DNA of 64,000 nt. Origin: Candidatus Giovannonibacteria bacterium RIFCSPLOWO2_02_FULL_43_54. Its GTDB lineage: Bacteria; Patescibacteriota; Minisyncoccia; UBA11713; 2-01-FULL-45-33. Below are positions 28,375 through 36,836 of the stretch, in pieces. The number at the start of each line of letters is the position of its first letter. Positions within the stretch are counted from its first letter, which is position 1. Position numbers and translations under genes: made by a program. The DNA lies in contig MFIK01000041.1 in assembly GCA_001778875.1 (NCBI GenBank), positions 2,033 to 66,032 of the forward strand. Direction: 5' to 3'. The notes under the pieces were generated by a model. That model did not search any database and was not told where the DNA came from. It saw nothing but the letters and a program-made list of their open reading frames with translations.

Positions 28375-30413
28375 TATTCGGCCCTCTTTTTCATGTTTTG
28401 GATGATCTCGCCGAAATCAGACGATCCCGGGACATAAATATTTTTTATTCCGAGATTTTCTTTGATATATTTTTCGTGCGCGGGAAGCATGATACCCCCG
28501 CCGATTATTTCGATGTCCGAGCCGCCGTAAGACTTCAGAGAATTTTTGAGGTCTTCAAAAAATCCGGGAACATATCCTATCAGCGCGGACAAACCGATAA
28601 AATCAACTCCTTCCTCAACCGCCGCTTTGGCTACCGCTTCGGGGGTTGTCCGAAATCCCAAATGAATGACTTCCGCTCCCATTGCCTGGAAAATATCACG
28701 GAGAATATAAAATCCGACAGTATGGCCGTCATGTCCGCCTTTTGCAAGCAAAACCCGTACCGGTCTCGGAAACCTATATCCTTTTGTAAATTTCAAAGCT
28801 TTTTTATGTGAAAAGGACGATGAAACGCCAGCAGATTCCTTTGCGGAACCCCAGACATCGCGAAGCGCTCCGCAAATTTCCCCGAGCGTTGCCGAAAATT
28901 CAACGGCTTCCTGCAAGACGGGCATCAGGCTCTCTTTTTTTTCGGCGGCTCTCCGCACTTTATCCAACGCTTTCAAAGCGCCGGTCTGATATCTTTGTTT
29001 CTTAAATTTAGACAGCCTGTCCTTTTGTTCGCTTTCGTATCCGTGCCGTTTTTCCACTTCTTCGGAAATTTCGGCCAGATCTTCATTCGCCGTGTCATCC
29101 TGTTCAAAAAAATATTTCTTATTCGGATCATTTTTCCATTGTTCAAAGGTTTCGCGGTCTGCGATGGCGTTTTCGTGGATCTTTTTTTGCGGATACAATT
29201 CTTCGATTGCCTGCACCATTCCCCCGAAACTCTCGATAACCGAAATTTCTTTTTTCGCTTCTTCGTAGATCTTTTCGGTAAGAAATTCTACCTGATAGGA
29301 GCCTGCCAGCGGGTCAACCCAGTTCGTGATGTTCGTTTCTTCAAGCAATATCTGCTGTGTGCGGATGGCCATTCGAACGCCTTTCTCCGTCGGAACGCAC
29401 AAAACCTCGTCATAAGAGTTGGTATGTATGCTCTGAACTCCTCCCAAAAGTGCGGCAAGCGCTTGATTATTTATCCGCATTAGATTTGTCAGTGGTTGAT
29501 TGCGGGTTAAGGTACATCCGGCCGTTTGAGCGTGCATCCGGCACCATAGCGACTGAAGCTTCGTGTCCTTCAAATTGTAATTTTCAGGAATCGGCATGTG
29601 GAATCTTTTATGCATGATCTCCGCCCAGAGCCTCCGCGCCGCGCGGAACTTCGCGATTTCTTCAAAAAAATCATTATGCGAATCAAAGAAAAAAGAAAAT
29701 CTCGGAGCGAATTCCTCGACCTTCAAGTCTCTTTTTAAAAGCTCCTCAACATACGCAATACCGTCCGCAAGCGTGTATGCAACTTCTTGAACCGCGGACG
29801 AACCTGCTTCGCGGATGTGATATCCGCTGATGGAAACTTTATGAAAATTAGAAGGCATCGCCATAAGATCGACCGCAAGCCGGACACCATGCTTTAGAAG
29901 ATACAAAACTTCGTTTTGGGCGATATGTTCTTTAAAAATATCGTTTTGAATAGTACCGCCCAAAGAGGAAAGTGGGATGCCGCGTTTTTTCGCAACGGCA
30001 ATATACATTGCCATGATCACGGCGGCAGGCGCGTTGATAGTCATGGAAACCGTAAGCTTGTTTATCGGTATTCCTGAAAATAATTCATCCATGTCTTCGA
30101 TCGTGTCTATTGCAACGCCGTCCCAGCCGACTTCGTGCCGCGAGAGCGGCGCATCGGAGTCGTCTCCGTATAGCGTCGGCAGGTCGAAGGCGGTTGAAAG
30201 TCCCGTGCCTCCCAAAGAAATGATTTTCTTGAATCTTTCGTTTGTGTGCCGCGCGCACCCATGCCCGGCAAATTGTCTTACCGTCGGTTTTTTATTCCGA
30301 TACATTTCCGGGAAAATCCCGCGCGTAAAAGGATATTTGCCCGGGTCGTTCAGCTTTGTCAAATAATCTATAAGCACTTCCGCCGGCCCGAAAAATCCAT
30401 TTTCAAGGGACAT
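28374..30413 (-). CDS. AdoCbl-dependent acyl-CoA mutase, fused substrate- and B12-binding domains, isobutyryl-CoA-mutase-like
   Basis: PFTRG, RQFAG, GLSTAFDLPT, QNDIFKEHIAQ, SISGYHIREAG, DGHTVG (DxHxxG). Confidence 0.92.
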   Translation of the reverse strand: MSLENGFFGPAEVLIDYLTKLNDPGKYPFTRGIFPEMYRNKKPTVRQFAGHGCARHTNERFKKIISLGGTGLSTAFDLPTLYGDDSDAPLSRHEVGWDGVAIDTIEDMDELFSGIPINKLTVSMTINAPAAVIMAMYIAVAKKRGIPLSSLGGTIQNDIFKEHIAQNEVLYLLKHGVRLAVDLMAMPSNFHKVSISGYHIREAGSSAVQEVAYTLADGIAYVEELLKRDLKVEEFAPRFSFFFDSHNDFFEEIAKFRAARRLWAEIMHKRFHMPIPENYNLKDTKLQSLWCRMHAQTAGCTLTRNQPLTNLMRINNQALAALLGGVQSIHTNSYDEVLCVPTEKGVRMAIRTQQILLEETNITNWVDPLAGSYQVEFLTEKIYEEAKKEISVIESFGGMVQAIEELYPQKKIHENAIADRETFEQWKNDPNKKYFFEQDDTANEDLAEISEEVEKRHGYESEQKDRLSKFKKQRYQTGALKALDKVRRAAEKKESLMPVLQEAVEFSATLGEICGALRDVWGSAKESAGVSSSFSHKKALKFTKGYRFPRPVRVLLAKGGHDGHTVGFYILRDIFQAMGAEVIHLGFRTTPEAVAKAAVEEGVDFIGLSALIGYVPGFFEDLKNSLKSYGGSDIEIIGGGIMLPAHEKYIKENLGIKNIYVPGSSDFGEIIQNMKKRAE

Positions 30414-30425
30414 TTTTGACTGTAT

Positions 30426-30464
30426 ATTCTGCCAAAACTATAGCACCAGAACGCTTATTTGCAA
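30426..30464 (-). promoter_or_regulatory. Promoter of the mutase-meaB unit
   Basis: Minus strand TTGCAA-16 nt-TATAGT with an extended TG. Confidence 0.7.
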
Positions 30465-30508
30465 TAAGTGTTTTTTTGTGCTTTTCTGAAAGAAGATAGG
30501 TTCAAAAA

Positions 30509-30898
30509 ATGAGAACGATTACCAAGCATGTTCCCGCGAAAACAATCACATCGTATCAGTGTAGCAGATGTAAAACCAAATATCGGAGCAAAGCAAAGGC
30601 ACTACAATGTGAAGCCCAGATTACGGAAGAAAAAGTATTCAAAATTGGGGAGAGGGTGACTTGGTGTGAGCCTCGTCATTGCCAAAGCTATGATAAGTAT
30701 TACAAGCTTGACGGCAAAGTGAGGAAAATTCTCGGCCCAACGTTACCGGACGAGGAATATAATCTTAAATGGCTCGGTGGTAGGCTTACCGGAAAACATG
30801 TCTTTATATATAATGTTAGTTGGCGATGTCCGCATTGCAAAGAGGTTTTCGACGGCCAATTTTACTCGGCCGAACTAAAAAAAATCAAAACCCGCTAA
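30509..30898 (+). CDS. Small zinc-binding hypothetical protein
   Basis: YQCSRC..ALQCE and RCPHC motifs. Confidence 0.65.
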   Translation: MRTITKHVPAKTITSYQCSRCKTKYRSKAKALQCEAQITEEKVFKIGERVTWCEPRHCQSYDKYYKLDGKVRKILGPTLPDEEYNLKWLGGRLTGKHVFIYNVSWRCPHCKEVFDGQFYSAELKKIKTR

Positions 30899-30912
30899 GC
30901 GTAGCGGGTTTT
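30887..30912. terminator. Bidirectional terminator
   Basis: AAAACCCGCTA-AGCG-TAGCGGGTTTT between convergent stops. Confidence 0.8.
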
Positions 30913-31595
30913 TATGTAAAGTTTTCTATTTTTGCTTTGAGCAAGCCAAGAAACTTGGCTGGGTCTTTTCCATCAAGCGGGCGATGATCAAAAGTTATTT
31001 TAACGTTCATCATTGGCCTTATTACAACCTGCCCCTTGTAAACGACCGGAATTTCTGTAATTCTAAACGCGCTTATCATAAATGTGTGCTCTGCGAGCAG
31101 GGCCGGCGAACCGTTGACGATGTTCGGATACACTCCTATATTATTAAAAATAATGTTTGGTTTCGGCTCAAAGTGCTGGGTTTTCAATTTACCCTCTGTG
31201 GCGATGATTGAAAGCTCTTTTATCTCCGCATTCAATTGCCAAACATTTTTGTGCTCCACATCTTTTATCGTCACAACAGTAAGGCCGTTTTTGGATTCCA
31301 TCGCGAGCCCGAAATTCAATTCGTCGTATAAAAATATTTTTGGCTCCGCCTCCTTTTTAGTAATAGGATCTTTTTTGCCATCTATCCAGACAATGTTCAT
31401 CTGGGGCATTTTACAATAAACTATTTCAGCCATCGCTGAAAGGAATATAGCGTCAATTTTAAACCCATATTGCTTTATTTCAAGGATCGCCCTTGCGTCA
31501 ACGGATACTTCGCATGATGGTCTTGGTATTGCGCCCCCCTTCATCAAGTTCCGCGCCACGGCTTTTCGAAGCTGGGAGACTTTTATTTCTCTCAT
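30912..31595 (-). CDS. 2-oxoacid dehydrogenase E2, catalytic core only
   Basis: LRKAVARNL, ITFDHRPLDG (DHRxxDG); no lipoyl or subunit-binding domain. Confidence 0.88.
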   Translation of the reverse strand: MREIKVSQLRKAVARNLMKGGAIPRPSCEVSVDARAILEIKQYGFKIDAIFLSAMAEIVYCKMPQMNIVWIDGKKDPITKKEAEPKIFLYDELNFGLAMESKNGLTVVTIKDVEHKNVWQLNAEIKELSIIATEGKLKTQHFEPKPNIIFNNIGVYPNIVNGSPALLAEHTFMISAFRITEIPVVYKGQVVIRPMMNVKITFDHRPLDGKDPAKFLGLLKAKIENFT

Positions 31596-31634
31596 GGAGC
31601 TTTTTCGTCTGCCGCAATACTAGCGCTTCCTGTT

Positions 31635-31664
31635 AAAAAATAAAACCCCGCTATTTAGCGGGGT
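31635..31664 (-). terminator. Terminator between the lipoyl carrier and the E2 core
   Basis: ACCCCGCTA/TAGCGGGGT plus T-run, followed by a TAGTAT -10 box. Confidence 0.7.
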
Positions 31665-31921
31665 CACTTTTCTTCAATTATACAGATAACGGCATCGTAT
31701 TTGGCCTTGTCGCCGACCTTCATAAGAATTTCAACTATTTCTCCGGTTGCGGAAGAATATATTTCAACGGCTGCTTTTGCGGTTTCAACAATAGCTATTG
31801 TCTCGTCTTTTTTTACATTTGATCCAATGCCGACCAACAAATCAACCAACTCAAATTCTTGCTCTTCTTTTCCCTCTGAACTGTCTTGCCACTCTGCCTT
31901 TATCTCAATTTTCTTTCCCAT
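31664..31921 (-). CDS. Stand-alone lipoyl-domain protein
   Basis: 85 aa, VETAKAAVEIYSSATG lipoyl-Lys motif; AAGGAG SD. Confidence 0.88.
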   Translation of the reverse strand: MGKKIEIKAEWQDSSEGKEEQEFELVDLLVGIGSNVKKDETIAIVETAKAAVEIYSSATGEIVEILMKVGDKAKYDAVICIIEEK

Positions 31922-33963
31922 AATACGACTCCTTTTGCTGCTTTCACTATATCTTCAACTTGCGGCAGGCGCAATATTTCCAATTCTTGCCGCGCTGTTG
32001 CTGGTCCTTCTTTTGCGCCTAGACGCTCAACCGGCGCCCAGAGTTTATCAAATAGTTCCCGATTAATCAAGTCGGAAATTTCTGCCCCGACTCCAAAATC
32101 TTTTTTCGCTTCATGGATGATCAGAGCTCGCGACGTTTTATCCACGGATTCTAAAACAGCCTCTTTGTCCATCGGGACGATTGTTCTTAAGTCTAGAATT
32201 TCTGCATTTATATTATGGCTTGTTTTCAGAATTTCCGCCGCTTTTAGCGTTCGTTCAACCATTAACGCGCCGTAAGTAATCAAAGAAATATCTTCGCCGT
32301 TTTTGCGAAGAGCCGCTTTTCCGATCGGAACATAATATGGTTCTATGGGAACCAGCCCCTTTTTTGTGTAATGTTCTATTTGTTCGCAAAAAATTACTGG
32401 ATTTCCGTCAGATAGTGAGGATAGGAGCAGTCCTTTGGCGTCAAAAGCGGTTGAAGGAAAAACAATTTTCAGCCCGCCAGCATGAGCCAAAGACGATTCA
32501 ATCATTTTTTGATGTTCTTCATTTGATACGAACCCTCCTCCGCATGGCGCACGGAGAACCATTCGCAAATTTTCTCCTGTTACTGCAAAATGCGTTCCGG
32601 CAAATCTTGTGAGAAAAGCTAACCCGTATTCGGTAAACGGGAAAAATTGAATTTCGCCACAGGGAACAACACCGCTTAATGCCTGCCCAATCATAAACGC
32701 GACAATACAATTTTCATCTAACGGCATATTAAATATACGCTCGCTTCCAAATTTTTCAAATATTTTTTTGGTAATTCCGTGCACGCCGCCAAGCTCGACA
32801 TCTTCCCCGAAAATTCTGATTTTTGGATTTATATCCATGGCTTGACAAAGCGCTTCCGTAATGGCGTCCCCGTAGCGAAGCTCTCTTTCGACGCTTGCAG
32901 GCGTTGCCGGGACTTGAATGGACGGCTTGAAAGTAGGCCGGAGTTTTGATGGCGCGGTAAATTTTTTCTTAATTTCAAATGCTTTTTCTATTTTTTCTTT
33001 GGCGGCAGACAAAAGTTCCTGTTTTTTCTTTTCGTTAAAAACATCTTCTTTTTGTGAAAGAAGCAATAAAGAAAAAAGTTCCAAAGGGTTTCGGCCTTCC
33101 CATTCTCTTTTAAGTTCGCGCGGAAAATATTTCCACATTTCACCTGTTTCGTGCGCGTTGTGTCCCGACACGCGCACCGTCTGGCATTCAATAAAGTGCG
33201 GCGGATGCGGGTCTTTGGCGCTTCTGATCCGGTGCGCGGCCTCTTTGACTGTCCGCCAGACCAAAACCGTGTCATTGCCGAAAATAGTTCTGGTATGCAT
33301 CCCGTAACCGGCGGCTCTTTTGGCAAATTCCGGCTCAGGATTTTGATACTCATTCGGCGTTCGTATTGCCAGACAGTTATTGTTTAAAATAAAAATTACC
33401 GGAAGGTGTCTAGTTGAGGCCAGCTCAAAGGCCGAATGGATGTTTCCGTGCGACATTGCCCCATCACCAAAAAATGCAAGTAGAATTGGATTTTCATCGG
33501 CGCCGTTTTTATCAATATAATCGCGCAGATAATAAATTCCATCAATTACACCGGCGCCTATCGTTGTATTCGCTCCCATATCGGAAATAAATCTGATGGT
33601 GCGACGCTTGATGTCGCCGATATGAATCCCGAAGTCGTACCCGCCGTAAAGCGACTCGGCATATGCGCCATATTGAGCGATTATTTCTTCTTCGGTAATT
33701 CCCCAGATGGGAAGAGCGCAGGTTGAGCGGTGGTCTGGAGCCAACAGGTCGTAAGACGATTCCGCCGCCAACATTGCGCCGACATAGATCGCTTCTTGGC
33801 CGAGGCCTGTAAAAACTTTCAGTGGCTTGAATTCCTCTTTTCGTTCGTCGAGCATTTTTCCGAAATAGGTCATCTCGGCGAGCCGGCGATACATCAACAA
33901 ATATTCTTCAGGAGTCGGAATAAAAATCTTCCGTCTCGGGGTAAAATCCCGTGAGTGCGGCAT
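31900..33963 (-). CDS. Fused E1 alpha-beta ThDP-dependent 2-oxoacid dehydrogenase (branched-chain-like)
   Basis: GQEA, GDGA..NNN ThDP motif, RVSGH, then beta-chain FGEDV, GEIQF, ILDLRT. Confidence 0.92.
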   Translation of the reverse strand: MPHSRDFTPRRKIFIPTPEEYLLMYRRLAEMTYFGKMLDERKEEFKPLKVFTGLGQEAIYVGAMLAAESSYDLLAPDHRSTCALPIWGITEEEIIAQYGAYAESLYGGYDFGIHIGDIKRRTIRFISDMGANTTIGAGVIDGIYYLRDYIDKNGADENPILLAFFGDGAMSHGNIHSAFELASTRHLPVIFILNNNCLAIRTPNEYQNPEPEFAKRAAGYGMHTRTIFGNDTVLVWRTVKEAAHRIRSAKDPHPPHFIECQTVRVSGHNAHETGEMWKYFPRELKREWEGRNPLELFSLLLLSQKEDVFNEKKKQELLSAAKEKIEKAFEIKKKFTAPSKLRPTFKPSIQVPATPASVERELRYGDAITEALCQAMDINPKIRIFGEDVELGGVHGITKKIFEKFGSERIFNMPLDENCIVAFMIGQALSGVVPCGEIQFFPFTEYGLAFLTRFAGTHFAVTGENLRMVLRAPCGGGFVSNEEHQKMIESSLAHAGGLKIVFPSTAFDAKGLLLSSLSDGNPVIFCEQIEHYTKKGLVPIEPYYVPIGKAALRKNGEDISLITYGALMVERTLKAAEILKTSHNINAEILDLRTIVPMDKEAVLESVDKTSRALIIHEAKKDFGVGAEISDLINRELFDKLWAPVERLGAKEGPATARQELEILRLPQVEDIVKAAKGVVLWERKLR

Positions 33964-34075
33964 ATGCTGTCAAAGTGTATCTAAGGCCATCTTAATCCGA
34001 TAATGCGCGTCCGCAAGGATTGACTTGCAATAATATTTATGCTCTACTAATGAGAGACAGAATAAGGAGGTTTAC

Positions 34076-34813
34076 ATGAAGGATTTGTTGCTTAGAATGC
34101 TGCCTGCTCCTATAATCGTCTATATGGCAAGGAAAATGGAAAAATTACTTCCAAGCGAAAGGCTCGTTCAAAATAGATATTTTGAGGGCCTGAGAGTTCC
34201 TGAAAGGAAAACTCGGCATTCGGTAATTGTTGCTGCGATCGGGCTTGTCGGCTCTGGTAAGAGTACGGTTGCAAAATACCTAGCGGATTTGATTGGTGCG
34301 GTAGTAATTTCCGGAGACGAGATCCGGATTCTCCTAAGAAATGAGGGCGTTGGATATGATAAGGCGCGCCTAATCGGAGAAAATGTTTTGCGCGCTGTGA
34401 TTACTGCCGGTGGAAGTATCGTGCTCGACTCCGATTTTGTAGATAAAAATAAGCGGGAAAGTTTGCGGCAAATCGCTAAAAAAGCAGGCGCGAAGCTTTA
34501 TTTTGTCCGTACGATCTGCGATTTTGATGTGCTTTCGCAGAGAATCAGAGAAAATGATCCTGGAGAATTTTTTAATGAGGCAGAGACAAAATCGGCGTCG
34601 GTAAATCATGGCAGAGACGTGAAATTTCGTGAAATGCTTCGCCGCCTGCCTCAGCATTATAAATGGCAAAATATAAGCGGCGGAAAATTGGCCTTAAGGA
34701 AATTTCCATTTGTAACTTTCGAAACAGTTGATACAACTACGGATGCATGGAAAGACAGTATTAATTCAATTGCTGTAAGTATTTTACACGAATTACAAAA
34801 AAAGAGCGGGTAG
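34076..34813 (+). CDS. P-loop kinase (AAA_33-like)
   Basis: GLVGSGKST, ISGDEIR, IVLDS; AGGAGG SD. Confidence 0.8.
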   Translation: MKDLLLRMLPAPIIVYMARKMEKLLPSERLVQNRYFEGLRVPERKTRHSVIVAAIGLVGSGKSTVAKYLADLIGAVVISGDEIRILLRNEGVGYDKARLIGENVLRAVITAGGSIVLDSDFVDKNKRESLRQIAKKAGAKLYFVRTICDFDVLSQRIRENDPGEFFNEAETKSASVNHGRDVKFREMLRRLPQHYKWQNISGGKLALRKFPFVTFETVDTTTDAWKDSINSIAVSILHELQKKSG

Positions 34814-34842
34814 GTTTCTGAAAAAAAGAAACCGCCCGCTTT

Positions 34843-35694
34843 TTATTTTGTATAAACCTTTGAATTATTTTTTATGAAATCAATCATCTCGTTTCGCGAG
34901 ATGAGGCCGTTTTTTTCGATCATATTTTTTAATGAGCCTGTTTGCGCGGCTTCCGTCAGGATCGACTCGAAATATTTGAGCGTGAGGCGCAAAGGTGTCA
35001 CGGGAATAAGGACGATTTGATAGCCCAAAACAAAAAGTTTTTCCGCGGTAAGATCAGACGGGGATTTTCCTCCCTCGGCCATATTTGCAGCGAGCGGGAT
35101 ATTTATGACATCTCTCCCGAATATCCGAAATTCATCTTCCGACTCCAGCGCTTCAGGGAATATTATGTCCGCTCCGGCTTGTTTGTATCCATAACCGCGC
35201 CATTTTGCTTCGGAGAGGCCGTCTGTCGCTCTTGAATCAGTTCTTGCGACAATAAGAAAATCCTGATTTTTTCTGGCGGATACCGCGGCCTTGATCTTCT
35301 TTTCCATCTCGTCTATTGGAATGATTTTTTTTGCGTCCAAATGCCCGCATCTTTTTTCTGAAGGAACTTGATCTTCTATTTGAACAGCGCTTGCTCCGGA
35401 GGCTTCAAGCGCTTTAACGGTTTTTGCGATCGATTGAAAGCCTGTATCGCAATCAACCAAAAGAGGCATATCGCTCGCGCGTCTTATTTCGCGGACTAGG
35501 CTTGTTATTCTTGCGAGCGTTATTTTCCCTTCGTCCAAAAAACCCAAAGAAGTGGAGAGCGCTGCGCCAGAAATATAACACGCCTTAAAATCTGCCTTTT
35601 CCGCAAGCAACGCTTCGATAGGGGACAAAATTCCCGGCAGGATAAGATTTTCATTCTCCGATAACAGCTCGCGGAGAGTTTTTCTTCCGGCCAT
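34843..35694 (-). CDS. prpB: ICL/PEP-mutase-family lyase, 2-methylisocitrate-lyase-like
   Basis: YISGA, VDCDTGF, IEDQ, KRCGH, ARTD, NMAEGGKSP. Confidence 0.82.
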   Translation of the reverse strand: MAGRKTLRELLSENENLILPGILSPIEALLAEKADFKACYISGAALSTSLGFLDEGKITLARITSLVREIRRASDMPLLVDCDTGFQSIAKTVKALEASGASAVQIEDQVPSEKRCGHLDAKKIIPIDEMEKKIKAAVSARKNQDFLIVARTDSRATDGLSEAKWRGYGYKQAGADIIFPEALESEDEFRIFGRDVINIPLAANMAEGGKSPSDLTAEKLFVLGYQIVLIPVTPLRLTLKYFESILTEAAQTGSLKNMIEKNGLISRNEMIDFIKNNSKVYTK

Positions 35695-35746
35695 TTTTAA
35701 TCTCGCAATCTGACAAAAAGAATAGCATAGCAATAATAAGAAAATC

Positions 35747-35769
35747 AAAAACCCGGCGGATGCCGGGTT
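35747..35769 (-). terminator. Terminator after the thioesterase gene, fused to the prpB promoter
   Basis: AACCCGGC/GCCGGGTT stem plus T-run continuing into TTGATT and a TGCTATGCT box. Confidence 0.7.
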
Positions 35770-36289
35770 ATTTTTTCGGCGGATAGAGCAGTGCGTGTAT
35801 TTCATTTGGATCAGGTTCGACTCTGACTGCAAAAAATCTTGCCTCCGCGCAAATCACGCCTTTTACAACAAGTTCTGCAAAAATAGTGCAACGCCTGCTT
35901 TCTGTTTTCAGCTCTTCAACTCTGGCAAGAACAGTGATTATTTCCGAGTCAATCGGTATCGGCTTTAAATATTTTACGTAGTCGGAACCGCCGGTTACAT
36001 ACATAATGACGGGGTCGCTTGCAAAAGGACGTTTTTCAAAATCGTACCTTGCCGCAATCGCCGTCCAGATGGAATGACAGTCCATCAATGCGTATTGGAT
36101 GGCGCCATTGATTCTGCCCCTGGTAGTCGCGGTGCAAAATTTTCTAATTCGCCAATTGCAAATGGTTTCTTTGTGGTCAGGACCCACCCAATAGCTTTTT
36201 GTGACGTGAATGCCTCTTTTGTTCGCCGGTCCGCAACCAAAACAGATATTGCCCGGAAAATGTTCCTGAAAGGATTTTTCTTTTTTCAT
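35768..36289 (-). CDS. PaaI-type hotdog thioesterase
   Basis: CFGCGPAN, INGAIQYALMDCHS, VKYLKPIP. Confidence 0.8.
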   Translation of the reverse strand: MKKEKSFQEHFPGNICFGCGPANKRGIHVTKSYWVGPDHKETICNWRIRKFCTATTRGRINGAIQYALMDCHSIWTAIAARYDFEKRPFASDPVIMYVTGGSDYVKYLKPIPIDSEIITVLARVEELKTESRRCTIFAELVVKGVICAEARFFAVRVEPDPNEIHALLYPPKK

Positions 36290-36298
36290 GCCGACACC

Positions 36299-36835
36299 TC
36301 AATCCACCGGCACCCATGCTAGATCAAGGATGGTGTAAGTCGGGTTTCGTCTCCGAAAGACCGGCTTGACCGGCATTCCTATGTAAGGCTCATCTTCGGC
36401 AAATTTTGAAAGATAGCTCATTGGCCGTGTCCACACTTTTGGTATTTCAAGCGATATCAAGGGACACGGGACTGTTCCCTTAAATCCTGCTCCCGGCAAA
36501 TTTGTTGTTGAGTGGCTGTAAATTTTAGCACCCGTCGGATCAATGGTCATCCAAGTCATCTTGCGCCAGCAGTCCGGACAATGAACCCGGGGAGGCAGCC
36601 AAATATTTCCTTCCGGCCCTCCGCAATTCCAGCATTTAGTTCCCAAAAGCGCGCCTTCCGTAAGTCCTTTGAAAAATTTGGAAAGGCCTCCATAAGTATG
36701 TACGTGGACGATCTCCCGCGGATTGAATCTCACCAGTAAATCGTCCGGAATTTTTTCCTTGAACCATTCTTTGGCAAGTTTCGGCGCGCCGTCCGACGGT
36801 ATCATTACATGTTGTCTTATTTTTCTGTTATTCAT
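36299..36835 (-). CDS. DUF35 (zinc-ribbon + OB-fold) acyl-CoA-binding partner
   Basis: FFKGL..G.LLGTKCWNC..PPRVHCPDC, IGMPVKPVF. Confidence 0.88.
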   Translation of the reverse strand: MNNRKIRQHVMIPSDGAPKLAKEWFKEKIPDDLLVRFNPREIVHVHTYGGLSKFFKGLTEGALLGTKCWNCGGPEGNIWLPPRVHCPDCWRKMTWMTIDPTGAKIYSHSTTNLPGAGFKGTVPCPLISLEIPKVWTRPMSYLSKFAEDEPYIGMPVKPVFRRRNPTYTILDLAWVPVD

Positions 36836-36836
36836 T

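Noticed and set aside
28374-30413. Methylmalonyl-CoA mutase label
   Set aside because: The specificity residues are Phe/Gln rather than Tyr/Arg.
14034-33963. Photorhabdus-type stilbene or PKS/NRPS cluster (PAL + ligase + Bkd)
   Set aside because: No ACP, ketosynthase, DarAB-like cyclase or condensation domain is visible; the analogy covers precursors only.
34843-35694. PEP mutase / phosphonate cluster
   Set aside because: It has KRCGH rather than EDKxxxxxNS, and no other phosphonate genes are present.
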